49,755 nucleotides of DNA from Candidatus Chisholmbacteria bacterium (GTDB lineage Bacteria; Patescibacteriota; Microgenomatia; UBA1400; JACOWY01), in contig JACOWY010000002.1 of the NCBI GenBank assembly GCA_016176555.1, forward strand, positions 1-49,755, read 5' to 3'. Shown piece by piece: positions 1 to 9,022 of this stretch; the stretch's first letter is position 1, and every line of letters begins with the position of its first letter. A model generated the notes under the pieces. It made no database searches and was not told where the DNA came from. It saw nothing but the letters and a program-made list of their open reading frames with translations. Made by a program: the position numbers and the translations under genes.

Positions 1-157
1 CAGAACGAGAGACAACGATACAATTTACTGCGTAATCGATACATACATGAGAAGCCTTAAATATTATTTTCCAGTCGCTTTTATAAAGGCGCATTTCCGC
101 CAAATTCTTAGTGTTTGGAGGCAGCCGTAGGGAGGGCATAAGAGACTTGAAATGAGA

Positions 158-183
158 CCCTCCCCAGCGGAGGGATTTTTTAT
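158..183 (+). terminator. Rho-independent terminator-like hairpin
   Basis: GC stem CCCTCC (158-163) / GGAGGG (169-174) followed by ATTTTTTAT. Upstream GGGAGGG (130-136) could pair with the same CCCTCC instead. Confidence 0.45.
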
Positions 184-233
184 GGCAACCTGGGGTTGCC
201 GTAACGCTAATTAGATGTTTTGGATTTCTTGTT

Positions 234-596
234 ATGGCTAATGTCGAAACAGCATTAAGACGATATGGTTTGGACGTACGGGGCATGGAACCTCCACCCG
301 ACGGGCGAACGTGCCAACGATGGCTTCAAGAATGTAGGAATACAGTAACTCCTCTAGTCCAACTTGACGAGTTGCTCGGTCAAGAAATTCCGAGATTTGA
401 TGATTACGGTGTTTACGAGCATGGTACTAACCGAGGCGTTCCTTACACGATGGTCGGAGGAATAATGATGAAGGATAACAGTCCTGTCTTCACTCACGTC
501 GCGTTCTCTTTTGGTGAGACTTTAAATGTAGATCAAGTCAGAGCATTAGGACCATCTATTCCCTTCGATAAATGGATTTCCGTAGAGAAAGTTTAG
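234..596 (+). CDS. hypothetical protein (120 aa)
   Basis: Intact ORF with no motif I recognise. It converges on the recJ stop with a 3-nt gap. Confidence 0.45.
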   Translation: MANVETALRRYGLDVRGMEPPPDGRTCQRWLQECRNTVTPLVQLDELLGQEIPRFDDYGVYEHGTNRGVPYTMVGGIMMKDNSPVFTHVAFSFGETLNVDQVRALGPSIPFDKWISVEKV

Positions 597-599
597 ATT

Positions 600-2291
600 T
601 CAGGCCTGAATATCTTTTATTTTTAATTGCAGTTCCTTTTTGCCATTCCATTGGTTGAGATCGAGAGTGTAGGCGAGGTCGACTGAAGCATGGGGCTTTC
701 CGCCTCTCACGGCGGATCCGCCTGTGGCGGAGAGTTTGGCGGCGTACTCCCCTAGCCTAAAGCCGATGGCGGGGAAAATATCTTTACCCTGACTGATGGT
801 GAGTTTGAGATGACTCTTGTCGCTGCCGACGGCGCGGGAGTCCAAAACGGTGACGTTTTTGGTGGCAAAAACCGGCCGCTGGTTGTCCATGCCAAAAGGC
901 TCAAATTGGGTAAGTTCGTGATGGAGAGTTTGAGTAATGTCGGCCAGATTGATTTCGCAATCGATATTGAGAGTACGTTGGAGCATGTCCCAGGTTAAGA
1001 TTTTTCTGGCGTGGCCTTGAAGTTTTTTGGTTAAAGTAGCGATTTTCCGAGCTTCGATGGTGAAGCCCGCTGCCATGGGGTGACCGCCGACGTTGACAAA
1101 GAGGTCGTTAAATTGGCGGAGAGCAGCGATGATGTCGTAGCCGGGGATAGAGCGAGCCGAGGCTTTGGCCGTCAGGCCATTGAGGCTTAGCACAATGGCG
1201 GGGCGCCAATAGATTTCGGTCAACTTACCGGCGATGAGGCCGATGACGCCCTCGTGGTAACTCTCATGAGCCACGACGAGGACTTTATGGGTAGCGAGTT
1301 GTTTTTTAGCTAAATTTTGGGCGTGAAGGAGTTGCTCTTCGGTGAGAAGCTGGCGGTCGCGGTTGGTCACTCCCAAGGTCGTGGCTAGCTCACGAGCCCG
1401 AGTGAAATTCGTAGTGCACAAAAGTCTTAAAGAATCGAGGGCGTGGCCCAAGCGCCCCATGGCATTGAGGCGAGGGGCGACGATGTAGTTAATTTGGTAT
1501 GTATCAATAATTTTTGGATCTACTTGGGCCTCTTGGAACAAGTGCTTGAGGCCGATGCGGGTAGTGTGCTTCAGGCTCTCCAAACCGTGCTTGACGAGAT
1601 TACGATTGGCACCAAGTAACGGCACCATGTCGGCCACGGAGCCGATGGCGGCTAATTCGAGGGTGTCGGGGATAGGCTTCTTTAGTCTTTTGGCGATAGC
1701 TTGGGCAAAAAACCAAGCGACGCCGGAGCCCGCTAGTTTAGTGGTGTGGACGAAACTGTGGGCTTTGGGTAGAGATTTAGCGGCGACGTGGTGATCAGTG
1801 ATGACTACGTCTATACCTTCTTGGTTGGCATAGTCGACAGCTTCGTGAGCGACGATGCCGTTATCGACGGTAATAACTAGCGGTTTGGCTGAAATTTCTT
1901 TGAGGGCGTCCTTGAGGCCAGCGACTGATAATCCATAGCCGTGTTTGAGGCGATGCGGTAAAAATGGTAGTGCCTTGGCACCAAGTTGGTGGAGCGTTTC
2001 CCACAGTATGGCAGTGGCGCAAATACCATCGGCGTCGTAATCACCGTAGACGATGATAGGTTCTTGGGACTTTATCGCTAGGACGACTCGGTCTATGGCA
2101 CGGCGGAGATTTTTGGCGTCAAACTCAAGTTCTTTGGCTGCTAACTTAGTGGGAAGCGGGGGCTGAAGAAATTGTTTTTGTTTTTCGAGCGTCGTCAAGC
2201 CTCGCTCTTTGAGAAGCCAATTAATGATAAGCTGGCGGCGTTTTTCCGCAGATGCCGAGGAAATTTTTTGGTGTATTTTCCATACCTTCAT
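600..2291 (-). CDS. recJ: single-stranded-DNA-specific exonuclease RecJ
   Basis: 563-aa ORF with DHH-family motifs (VYGDYDADGICATAIL, VVITDHH) and a DHHA1 motif (GGHPMAAG). Confidence 0.9.
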   Translation of the reverse strand: MKVWKIHQKISSASAEKRRQLIINWLLKERGLTTLEKQKQFLQPPLPTKLAAKELEFDAKNLRRAIDRVVLAIKSQEPIIVYGDYDADGICATAILWETLHQLGAKALPFLPHRLKHGYGLSVAGLKDALKEISAKPLVITVDNGIVAHEAVDYANQEGIDVVITDHHVAAKSLPKAHSFVHTTKLAGSGVAWFFAQAIAKRLKKPIPDTLELAAIGSVADMVPLLGANRNLVKHGLESLKHTTRIGLKHLFQEAQVDPKIIDTYQINYIVAPRLNAMGRLGHALDSLRLLCTTNFTRARELATTLGVTNRDRQLLTEEQLLHAQNLAKKQLATHKVLVVAHESYHEGVIGLIAGKLTEIYWRPAIVLSLNGLTAKASARSIPGYDIIAALRQFNDLFVNVGGHPMAAGFTIEARKIATLTKKLQGHARKILTWDMLQRTLNIDCEINLADITQTLHHELTQFEPFGMDNQRPVFATKNVTVLDSRAVGSDKSHLKLTISQGKDIFPAIGFRLGEYAAKLSATGGSAVRGGKPHASVDLAYTLDLNQWNGKKELQLKIKDIQA

Positions 2292-2400
2292 GGTAGGATC
2301 ATCTTATCACCAACTTCATAGGCACCAGACTGTCCCCGCGTGATCCAGTTAAGACTTTGAGAGTTTTAAACACTGCGGCCTAACACAGATTTACGCAGAT

Positions 2401-3834
2401 ATGAAAGCTACATTTATCCGAGAATCGTTACCACAACAAATGGCAGGAAATATTCCCGAAGAGATACATGAGTTTTTTCGTCGGTTTGCGACCCAGGGGT
2501 TTGACATTTGGCTCGTGGGGGCGGGGGTGCGGGCGCTTTTGATGGACCAGCTAATGGTCAATCCCGATTTCACCACTAATGCGACACCTCAGGAGATGCA
2601 AAAGTTATTTCCAGATAGTTTTTATGACAATACTTTTGGCACGGTGGGAATACCTCAGAAAATCGTGCGGGGCGGCGACGAACGTGAAGAAGTGTTTGAG
2701 GTGACGACCTATCGGACTGAACATGGGTACAGTGACAAACGCCGGCCAGACAAGGTGGTATGGGGGAAAACTTTGGAGGAGGATTTGTCGCGGCGCGACT
2801 TTACCATTAATGCCATGGTCATTGGTTTAGATAAAAATCAAAAATCAAAAATAAAAAAGCAAAAATTATTATTGGTTGACCCTTTCAACGGTCGGGGAGA
2901 TTTGGAGAAGAAATTAGTCCGGGCGGTGGGTGAGGCGAGCGAACGCTTCCAAGAGGATGCGCTCAGGATGATGCGGGCGATTAGAATCGGGACCCAACTG
3001 AAGTTTACTATCGAAGAAAAGACGCTGGCGGCAATTCAAACAAATGCTCAGCTTTTAGAGCACGTGAGTAGAGAACGAGTGCGAGGGGAACTTTTAAAAA
3101 TTTTGGCTTCGGATCAGCCGGCGGATGGGGTGCTGTTACTTCGGGCTTCGGGACTTTTGCAGTACATCGTGCCCGAGATGCTCGCCATGCAAGGGGTAAA
3201 ACAAATTGGCCATCATATTTATGACGTATGGACACATGCGATTGAGTCTTTGAGAGGCTGCCCGAGCAAAGATCCGATCATCAGACTGGCGACGCTGCTA
3301 CACGATATTGGGAAACCCAAAACGGCCCAACCCCGTGATGGCAAAGAAGTAACGTTTTATGGCCACGAAGTGGTGGGAGCGCGGATGGTTAAGGATATGG
3401 CCGAACGGTTGCGATTTTCAAGGAAGGAAATTGAGCGACTGACGACTTTGGTGCGCTGGCACATGTTTGCTTATGATACGCAGATGACCGATGCGGCGAT
3501 TCGGCGGTTTATTCGCCGGGTGGGGGTAGATAATATTAACGATATGATGATGCTGCGGGTTGGTGATCGGGTGGGTGGAGGGAGTAAATCAACTAGTTGG
3601 AGGCTTCGGGAATTGCAGCAGAGAATCGGGGAACAATTGTATGAGCCTTTGACGGTGAAGGACCTGAAGATCGATGGGCACGACGTGATGAAGCTAGTTG
3701 GTATTAAGCCCGGTCCCGAAGTGGGGAAGATTCTGAATAAACTTTTTGAGGAAGTGATTGAAGATACGCGGAAGAATGAACGGGAATATTTGCTTAAACG
3801 AACGGAAGAGTTGCACAAAAACTCTAATAATTAA
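2401..3834 (+). CDS. cca: CCA-adding tRNA nucleotidyltransferase / poly(A) polymerase family protein with HD domain
   Basis: Head-domain motifs LVGAGVRALL and RRDFTINAM, plus the HD motif LLHDIGKP and GHEVVG. Confidence 0.85.
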   Translation: MKATFIRESLPQQMAGNIPEEIHEFFRRFATQGFDIWLVGAGVRALLMDQLMVNPDFTTNATPQEMQKLFPDSFYDNTFGTVGIPQKIVRGGDEREEVFEVTTYRTEHGYSDKRRPDKVVWGKTLEEDLSRRDFTINAMVIGLDKNQKSKIKKQKLLLVDPFNGRGDLEKKLVRAVGEASERFQEDALRMMRAIRIGTQLKFTIEEKTLAAIQTNAQLLEHVSRERVRGELLKILASDQPADGVLLLRASGLLQYIVPEMLAMQGVKQIGHHIYDVWTHAIESLRGCPSKDPIIRLATLLHDIGKPKTAQPRDGKEVTFYGHEVVGARMVKDMAERLRFSRKEIERLTTLVRWHMFAYDTQMTDAAIRRFIRRVGVDNINDMMMLRVGDRVGGGSKSTSWRLRELQQRIGEQLYEPLTVKDLKIDGHDVMKLVGIKPGPEVGKILNKLFEEVIEDTRKNEREYLLKRTEELHKNSNN

Positions 3835-4417
3835 GTTGTTGCCAGTCTGTTAGTTTTTCTTTGGCGAAGACGAGTTTGATGATGCCGCCCATGGGAACGT
3901 AGGGGTAGCGCCTTTGAACATATTTTTCGAGATCGCCGTCGACGAGGCCGTAGAGGAGGAGCATGATGGGGTCACCGTGAGAGACGACGACGATATTTTT
4001 GCCAGTGAATTGAGATCTAAGATGAGTGATGAGACGATGCATTCTTTTGAATATGGCAGTCATGGTTTCGCCGCCCCCGCCAAAATAATCAGGATGGAGG
4101 TAGATTACTTGAGCCAAAGCGTTGATTTTCTCTCTACTTTGACCCTCTAAGGTGCTTTTAATTTCGATAGCCAGCGGCGAAACTCTTGGCTGTAACTTTA
4201 AGGTCTTGGCAATGATGGCGGCTGTTTCTTTGGTGCGGGTGATGGGGCTGGTATACAAATGGTTAATGTTTTTGTCTTTAAAATAGTGACCTAAATCTTT
4301 GGCACATTTCCTACCGTTAGATGAAAGTGGGAAACCTGGCAGGCGGCCGGGAATGATGCCTTCCGTATCTTCGTACTCGCAGTGGCGAACAAGATAGACC
4401 GTTGTTTCAATGGGCAT
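3824..4417 (-). CDS. histidine phosphatase family protein (phosphoglycerate-mutase-like)
   Basis: VYLVRHCE (RHG-type catalytic motif), TSPITRTKETA and VVVSHGDPI. Its 3' end overlaps the cca 3' end by 11 nt (convergent genes). Confidence 0.75.
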   Translation of the reverse strand: MPIETTVYLVRHCEYEDTEGIIPGRLPGFPLSSNGRKCAKDLGHYFKDKNINHLYTSPITRTKETAAIIAKTLKLQPRVSPLAIEIKSTLEGQSREKINALAQVIYLHPDYFGGGGETMTAIFKRMHRLITHLRSQFTGKNIVVVSHGDPIMLLLYGLVDGDLEKYVQRRYPYVPMGGIIKLVFAKEKLTDWQQLNY

Positions 4418-5327
4418 GTTTTCTTTTTTCGAAGATGACTAAGAGAGGCGCTGCCGTGAACGTGCTGCTGTAGGTACCGGTGATGGTGCCGATGAGAAGA
4501 GCCAAGGCAAAATTTTTAGTGGTGTCGCCGCCTAAAAGATAGAGAGAAAGGAGCATGAAGATGATAGTCATGGAGTTATTGATCGAGCGGGCGAGGGTTT
4601 CGACGACTGATTTGTTGACTAAGGCTTCGAATGAGGCTTGGGGATATAAACGCCTGCTTTCCCGGATGCGATCAAAGACGACGATGGTGTCGTGGACTGA
4701 GAAAGAAAGAACGGTGAGAACGGCGGTGACAAACAGGGTGTCAACTTCTATACCTTTGACTACACCTAAAATACTGAAGACGCCCGCGAGAATGAAGGTA
4801 TCATGAAACATAGCGATGAGGGCCGCTAGCCCGAAGGTCAGTTCCCGGAAGCGCCAGGCAATAAAGAGCAAAATAAAAGTGGCGGCAATGGCAACGGCGA
4901 TGAGAGTTTTTTGCAAAAGTTCTTTGCCCAAGGTCGGGCCAACAGTCTCGAAACGAATTTCTTCAATCTCGCCGACTTTTTCTTCGAGTGTTTGTTTTAG
5001 TTCAAGGTGCTCTTCTTGACTCAGGGGTTTGGCGTGGATAATAAATGAACTTGCCCGCCCCTCGATCGTCACAATTCTATCGTCAGATAAAGACTCTTCT
5101 AGTGAAGGCTGTGGTTTTTCAGTATTTATTTTTATTTCCCAGACTGTACCACCCGTAAAATCGATCGAGGGTTTGAGGCCAAATTTGAGCAGGGAGATGA
5201 CGCCGGGAATGATGACCAATAGCGACAGGGCAAAGTAGATGAGGCGGTATTTCATGGGATGGGTTAACATTCTGAGTGAAACGAAGAACGTCGGCTGATT
5301 CGGCAGCTGCCGAAGAAGCGTAGACAT
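4407..5327 (-). CDS. secF: protein translocase subunit SecF
   Basis: Typical SecF multi-TM C-terminal half (HDTIVVFDRIRE). The ATG at 5327 lies 2 nt after the secD stop, but codons 1-20 are a copy of the hairpin repeat family. Alternative starts are at 5270 and 5255. Confidence 0.85.
   Translation of the reverse strand: MSTLLRQLPNQPTFFVSLRMLTHPMKYRLIYFALSLLVIIPGVISLLKFGLKPSIDFTGGTVWEIKINTEKPQPSLEESLSDDRIVTIEGRASSFIIHAKPLSQEEHLELKQTLEEKVGEIEEIRFETVGPTLGKELLQKTLIAVAIAATFILLFIAWRFRELTFGLAALIAMFHDTFILAGVFSILGVVKGIEVDTLFVTAVLTVLSFSVHDTIVVFDRIRESRRLYPQASFEALVNKSVVETLARSINNSMTIIFMLLSLYLLGGDTTKNFALALLIGTITGTYSSTFTAAPLLVIFEKRKHAH
5266..5323 (-). repeat. hairpin-repeat family copy (CTACGCTTCTTCGGCAGCTGCCGAATCAGCCGACGTTCTTCGTTTCACTCAGAATG)
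   Basis: Near-identical architecture to the copies at 9023-9079 and 40784-40839: CTACGC, then a CGGCAGCTGCCG hairpin, then ATCAGCCG, then a GTT..TTCGTT module. Confidence 0.7.
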
Positions 5328-5329
5328 AG

Positions 5330-6688
5330 TTATTTTTTACCTCTGACGGCAAAACGGATGAGAGAACGGGAGATGACGACACCGGTGAATAAACTGACGA
5401 TGATACCGAGGCCTAAAGTGATGGCAAAGCCCCGAACCAGTCCGCTTAAGGGGAGAAAGCTCCAATTCAGGGGATTAAACAAAATGAAGGCGGTGATGAG
5501 AGTGGCGAGGTTGGCGTCTTTAATGCTATCCCAAGCGCGGCCAAAGCCGAGCTCGACAGCCAGCGCCCAGGGTTTACCTAAGCGGAGCTCTTCTTTGAGG
5601 CGTTCAAAAATCAAAATGTTACTGTCAACTGCCATGCCAACGGAGAGAATAAAGCCCGCGAGACCCGGCAAAGTAAGGGTAATGGGGATGAGGCGGTAGA
5701 GACTTAAGGTAATGAGGCCGTAGATAAGGAGGCTTGAAGCGGCCACTAAACCTAATTTGCCGTAATAGGCGACCATAAAGATCACGACGACCGTGAGACC
5801 AATTAAACCGGCGCTGATACTTTTTTGCACTGATTCGGCCCCGAGGGTGGGGCCGACACTACGCTCGCTCACAATTTCTATAGGAGTGGGGAGAGCTCCG
5901 GCGTTGAGTTGAACGGCAAGCTCGCGCGCTTGTTCAGTGGTAAAGCCACCGGTGATGACGGCGTTGCCATCAGTTATTTCTTGTTGGACGATGGGGGCCG
6001 AGAGGGGGATGTCGTCAAGAAAAATGGCGACTGGTTTGCCGATATTTCTTTGGGTAATGTCAGCAAATTTTTTGGCCCCATCCTCGCTAAATTCTAGTCC
6101 GACCAAGGCTTCACCGGTGCCCCTTTGATCAAATTGCACTTGGGCCCGACGCAAGTCTTGACCGGTGAGACCAGTGGGGATGAGGTTAGTTAATAATTCG
6201 GCCGCGGAGCTCGCTTCGGGCAAATCGGGGTTAAGTTCACGGAAGTCAAGCTGAGCAGTTTGGCCGATGAGGGAGAGAGCACTGTCTATATTTTTGATCC
6301 CGGGGAGCTGGACACTGAGGCGATAGTCATCTTTTTCTTTGATTCTTTGGATGACTGGCTCGGCGACGCCGAAGAGATCAACCCGGCGGCGAATGACTTC
6401 TTCGGCGCTTTTCCAGGCGCTGTCTCGATCAGAATCTGGTATGTTGGTCATATCCAACTTTAAGACAACTTCAGTCCCTCCCTGGAGATCTAGACCTTGT
6501 CTGATGGTGGTGTCGCGGCTGAGGTGCCAAGGGCCGAGATCAAATTTGAGGGGGGGGCGGCGAATGGTGGTAGAGAGATTAATTGGCCCTTGGTGGATAT
6601 TGACTGGAAGATTTTCAGGCAGATTGAGGAGAACAACACTGACCAACAACAACAAGAACGCTACTAGGGCGATCGGTCTCAACTTCAT
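5330..6688 (-). CDS. secD: protein translocase subunit SecD
   Basis: 452-aa ORF with an N-terminal TM helix, a periplasmic domain, and a C-terminal 5-6 TM block containing MAVDSNILIFERLKEE. Confidence 0.9.
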   Translation of the reverse strand: MKLRPIALVAFLLLLVSVVLLNLPENLPVNIHQGPINLSTTIRRPPLKFDLGPWHLSRDTTIRQGLDLQGGTEVVLKLDMTNIPDSDRDSAWKSAEEVIRRRVDLFGVAEPVIQRIKEKDDYRLSVQLPGIKNIDSALSLIGQTAQLDFRELNPDLPEASSAAELLTNLIPTGLTGQDLRRAQVQFDQRGTGEALVGLEFSEDGAKKFADITQRNIGKPVAIFLDDIPLSAPIVQQEITDGNAVITGGFTTEQARELAVQLNAGALPTPIEIVSERSVGPTLGAESVQKSISAGLIGLTVVVIFMVAYYGKLGLVAASSLLIYGLITLSLYRLIPITLTLPGLAGFILSVGMAVDSNILIFERLKEELRLGKPWALAVELGFGRAWDSIKDANLATLITAFILFNPLNWSFLPLSGLVRGFAITLGLGIIVSLFTGVVISRSLIRFAVRGKK

Positions 6689-6751
6689 CAGTTTACTTTA
6701 CCACGATACCAGTCCCGCTTGGCGGGACTGTACGTGGTTTCGGGAAAGACC

Positions 6752-6940
6752 TCACGTTTTTGGGGGTGGTTTTAAAAGGCGAAGCTGTCTGACGCCCGCG
6801 AAAGTGTAGGTGATCTTCCCTTTCTCCGGATAGGTGCTGACCGTAGTGGTATCCCCGACTTTGACGCCGACCATGCGGACAAATTCTGCCGGCACCGTGA
6901 CGGCAGTGGAGTTGCCTGCCCTGATCACTTTTTGTTTCAT
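6752..6940 (-). CDS. AbrB/MazE/SpoVT-type DNA-binding domain protein (62 aa)
   Basis: MKQKVIRAGNSTAVTVPAEFVRMVGVKVGD matches the swapped-hairpin AbrB-like fold signature. It starts 4 nt after the upstream regulator gene stops. Confidence 0.6.
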   Translation of the reverse strand: MKQKVIRAGNSTAVTVPAEFVRMVGVKVGDTTTVSTYPEKGKITYTFAGVRQLRLLKPPPKT

Positions 6941-6943
6941 CTT

Positions 6944-7525
6944 TCACGAGACGAGGGTGTCTTCGTCGCCCAAGAGCATGACTTTGCTATTTTGCAAAAT
7001 GCCGACCACAAAGGGATCGCGGCGGCGTTTACGGAAGTCAAATTCGTCTTTAGACATGACGGTATAATTGACTTCTTTCTCCCTCCGAGATTCTTCGGCG
7101 CGAACCAGCGCCGCGAGCTCGGGCATGACGACGGTGCCGACGACGAGTAAATCAACTTCGTCGCCTTCGCGGGGGCGATGGCGCACGAATTTGCCCGAGA
7201 GACAAGCAAAATTGATTTTGCCCAGTCTAGCTTTATTTTTGACGATGGCCCCCCCAAGGCCGGTGGTTTTGGCTACCAGGGCGAGAAGCTCGGGATAAAA
7301 GAGGTAGTCTTTACGGAAGAAATAGTAGACGCGGTTGCCTCGGTTTTCAGATTTGAGCATGCCTTTTATACTCAACCGCTGGAGTTCCCGGCGGACGGCG
7401 TTAATCTCTTCACCGACGAGCCTCGTCAACTCACGCACGTAGTACATTTCTTCTGGTTTATCGAGAAATACTTTGAGGAGTTTGCTTCTCACCCGTGAGA
7501 CCATGAAGTCCTGCAATGCTGCCAT
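6944..7525 (-). CDS. winged-helix (ArsR-like) transcriptional regulator with uncharacterised C-terminal domain
   Basis: The N-terminal segment RSKLLKVFLDKPEEMYYVRELTRLVGEEINAVRRELQRL is wHTH-like. Confidence 0.6.
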   Translation of the reverse strand: MAALQDFMVSRVRSKLLKVFLDKPEEMYYVRELTRLVGEEINAVRRELQRLSIKGMLKSENRGNRVYYFFRKDYLFYPELLALVAKTTGLGGAIVKNKARLGKINFACLSGKFVRHRPREGDEVDLLVVGTVVMPELAALVRAEESRREKEVNYTVMSKDEFDFRKRRRDPFVVGILQNSKVMLLGDEDTLVS

Positions 7526-7705
7526 TTTGATTACTTTCGGGCACTAAGTTTGTACAAAACGAGCTTAAATTGTACTCATACCTTACTACGAGTAGAAAAT
7601 GTTTTCAATACGTAAAATTAACTCTGGAAAACAAAGATTCAAGGTCGCCTGCAGAACACAATAGAGTTAAAACCGACTCTTTTTGGCTATCTTCTCATTA
7701 AGGTT

Positions 7706-7772
7706 GTCATGCTGAGGGCAAAGCCCGAAGCATCTCAAGAGATCCTTCTCCTTCGGCTGCGCTCAGGATGAC
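7706..7772. repeat. imperfect palindromic element with GTCAT...ATGAC termini
   Basis: Arms are GTCATGCTGAGGGCAAAGCCCGAAG and CTTCGGCTGCGCTCAGGATGAC. It shares its termini with the element at 13497-13560. Confidence 0.7.
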
Positions 7773-7818
7773 AGCGAGCTACAATTTTGTACCTGAGGTG
7801 AGCAACAAACTACGGGGG

Positions 7819-9000
7819 TTAGTATTCAACGTCCTGCCCGGCAGGAACAATCTCGACCCAAATTTGACCGCGGACAAATTCGACTTCTTTCTTTTTGGCA
7901 TCGACAAACAGGGTGCGATCGGTGCGGCTTTTTTTACTCCAAGTACCTTCTACTACTGCCCCATTTTGAAAGATGAGCAATTTACCGCCTTTGGTGGTGC
8001 CGTATATCATGTGCTTGAGATCATCGACCGGGCCTTCTTCCTGGGTAAATTGGACGACGACTACTTTCGCTTCGATAAGGCTCTCGTCATTGCGATCGCG
8101 CTGTGGCTCACCGCCATTGGTGCGGCGGTAGACGTTGGCTTCCTTATCGTAATTCCAGACGACCTCATAGTCTTCATAGTCAGACCAAAAGTCAAAAGAA
8201 ATCTCAGCGACACTGCCACGATCCCCAGTATCGGATTCATCTGCGAACTTCCAGGGGGTGAAGTCGTCCAGCCAATCTTCGCCATCAGGGTCTTCGTTGG
8301 TAAAGTCGCGCTTGTCTTTGGCAAATGCCCAGAGTTTTTCTGAAGTGGAATACATGGTGTGCTCGGTAGCCACAGTCCTGCCAAGGCGCTCGTAATCACG
8401 CCAGAAGGTGGGAAAACCGATACCAGCTTGGTCGAGGTCGTTGGCGGCAGACCAGCCGTATTGGATGATTTGTTCTTTGGCTCGAGCGCGAACATCCGTC
8501 ACTCCATCAGAGGCGTGGGCACCACCGACGTGGACATAGAGGGGAAAGACATATTCAGATGCCCAGTCTAGGTAGTAGGTGCGGGCAGAACGAATGGGGC
8601 CTAATTGGGTTTCTTCAGCTTGGACTTGGCAATAAAACAGAGTCAGGAAACGGGTGATGGCGCCTTCGGCCACGGCTTCGTAGACCACGTCGGCTCTGGA
8701 AAGACCCGATTGAGGCCGAGCTTCGGTGTGATTTTCAATCATCACCGCCAAGGGGCGGCGTTGCTCCCAGGATTTTTTCTCGGTTTTGGTAAACTTTTTG
8801 CCGTTTAAGGGGCACTCTTCCGTCTTCGGCTCACCAGGGTCAATTTGCAATCTGCCTTCGGCCCGAGGAATTGGCGTAACTGCCCCGCCACTTAAACCGA
8901 CTCCAAGAGAGTTAAAAATAGCGTAGGAAACCCCTGTAGCAAAGAGGTAGAGACCGAGGCCCGCGATGAGGGGTAAGGCTTTTGATTTGACTATATCCAT
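7819..9000 (-). CDS. DUF3048-family secreted protein (YerB-like)
   Basis: N-terminal TM/signal sequence, plus RPLAVMIENHTEARPQSGLSRADVVYEAVAEGAITRFLTLF, which is characteristic of DUF3048. Confidence 0.75.
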   Translation of the reverse strand: MDIVKSKALPLIAGLGLYLFATGVSYAIFNSLGVGLSGGAVTPIPRAEGRLQIDPGEPKTEECPLNGKKFTKTEKKSWEQRRPLAVMIENHTEARPQSGLSRADVVYEAVAEGAITRFLTLFYCQVQAEETQLGPIRSARTYYLDWASEYVFPLYVHVGGAHASDGVTDVRARAKEQIIQYGWSAANDLDQAGIGFPTFWRDYERLGRTVATEHTMYSTSEKLWAFAKDKRDFTNEDPDGEDWLDDFTPWKFADESDTGDRGSVAEISFDFWSDYEDYEVVWNYDKEANVYRRTNGGEPQRDRNDESLIEAKVVVVQFTQEEGPVDDLKHMIYGTTKGGKLLIFQNGAVVEGTWSKKSRTDRTLFVDAKKKEVEFVRGQIWVEIVPAGQDVEY

Positions 9001-9022
9001 TAGGCAGTAGCTTTCTTAATAT

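Noticed and set aside
6729-6745. The 12-mer GTACGTGGTTTC is shared between 6729 and 32823.
   Set aside because: Many exact 12-mer coincidences are expected by chance in 50 kb read on both strands, and there is no extended similarity around the match.
6693-6947. An 84-aa ORF overlaps the AbrB-like gene in another frame, with further overlapping ORFs at 6834-7257.
   Set aside because: The AbrB-like frame gives a recognisable fold signature and is coupled to the upstream regulator gene. The others are Arg/Gly/Ser-rich with no signals.
7768-8343. A 191-aa plus-strand ORF antisense to the DUF3048 gene.
   Set aside because: It starts inside the palindromic repeat and has no SD. The opposite strand encodes a protein with clear family motifs.
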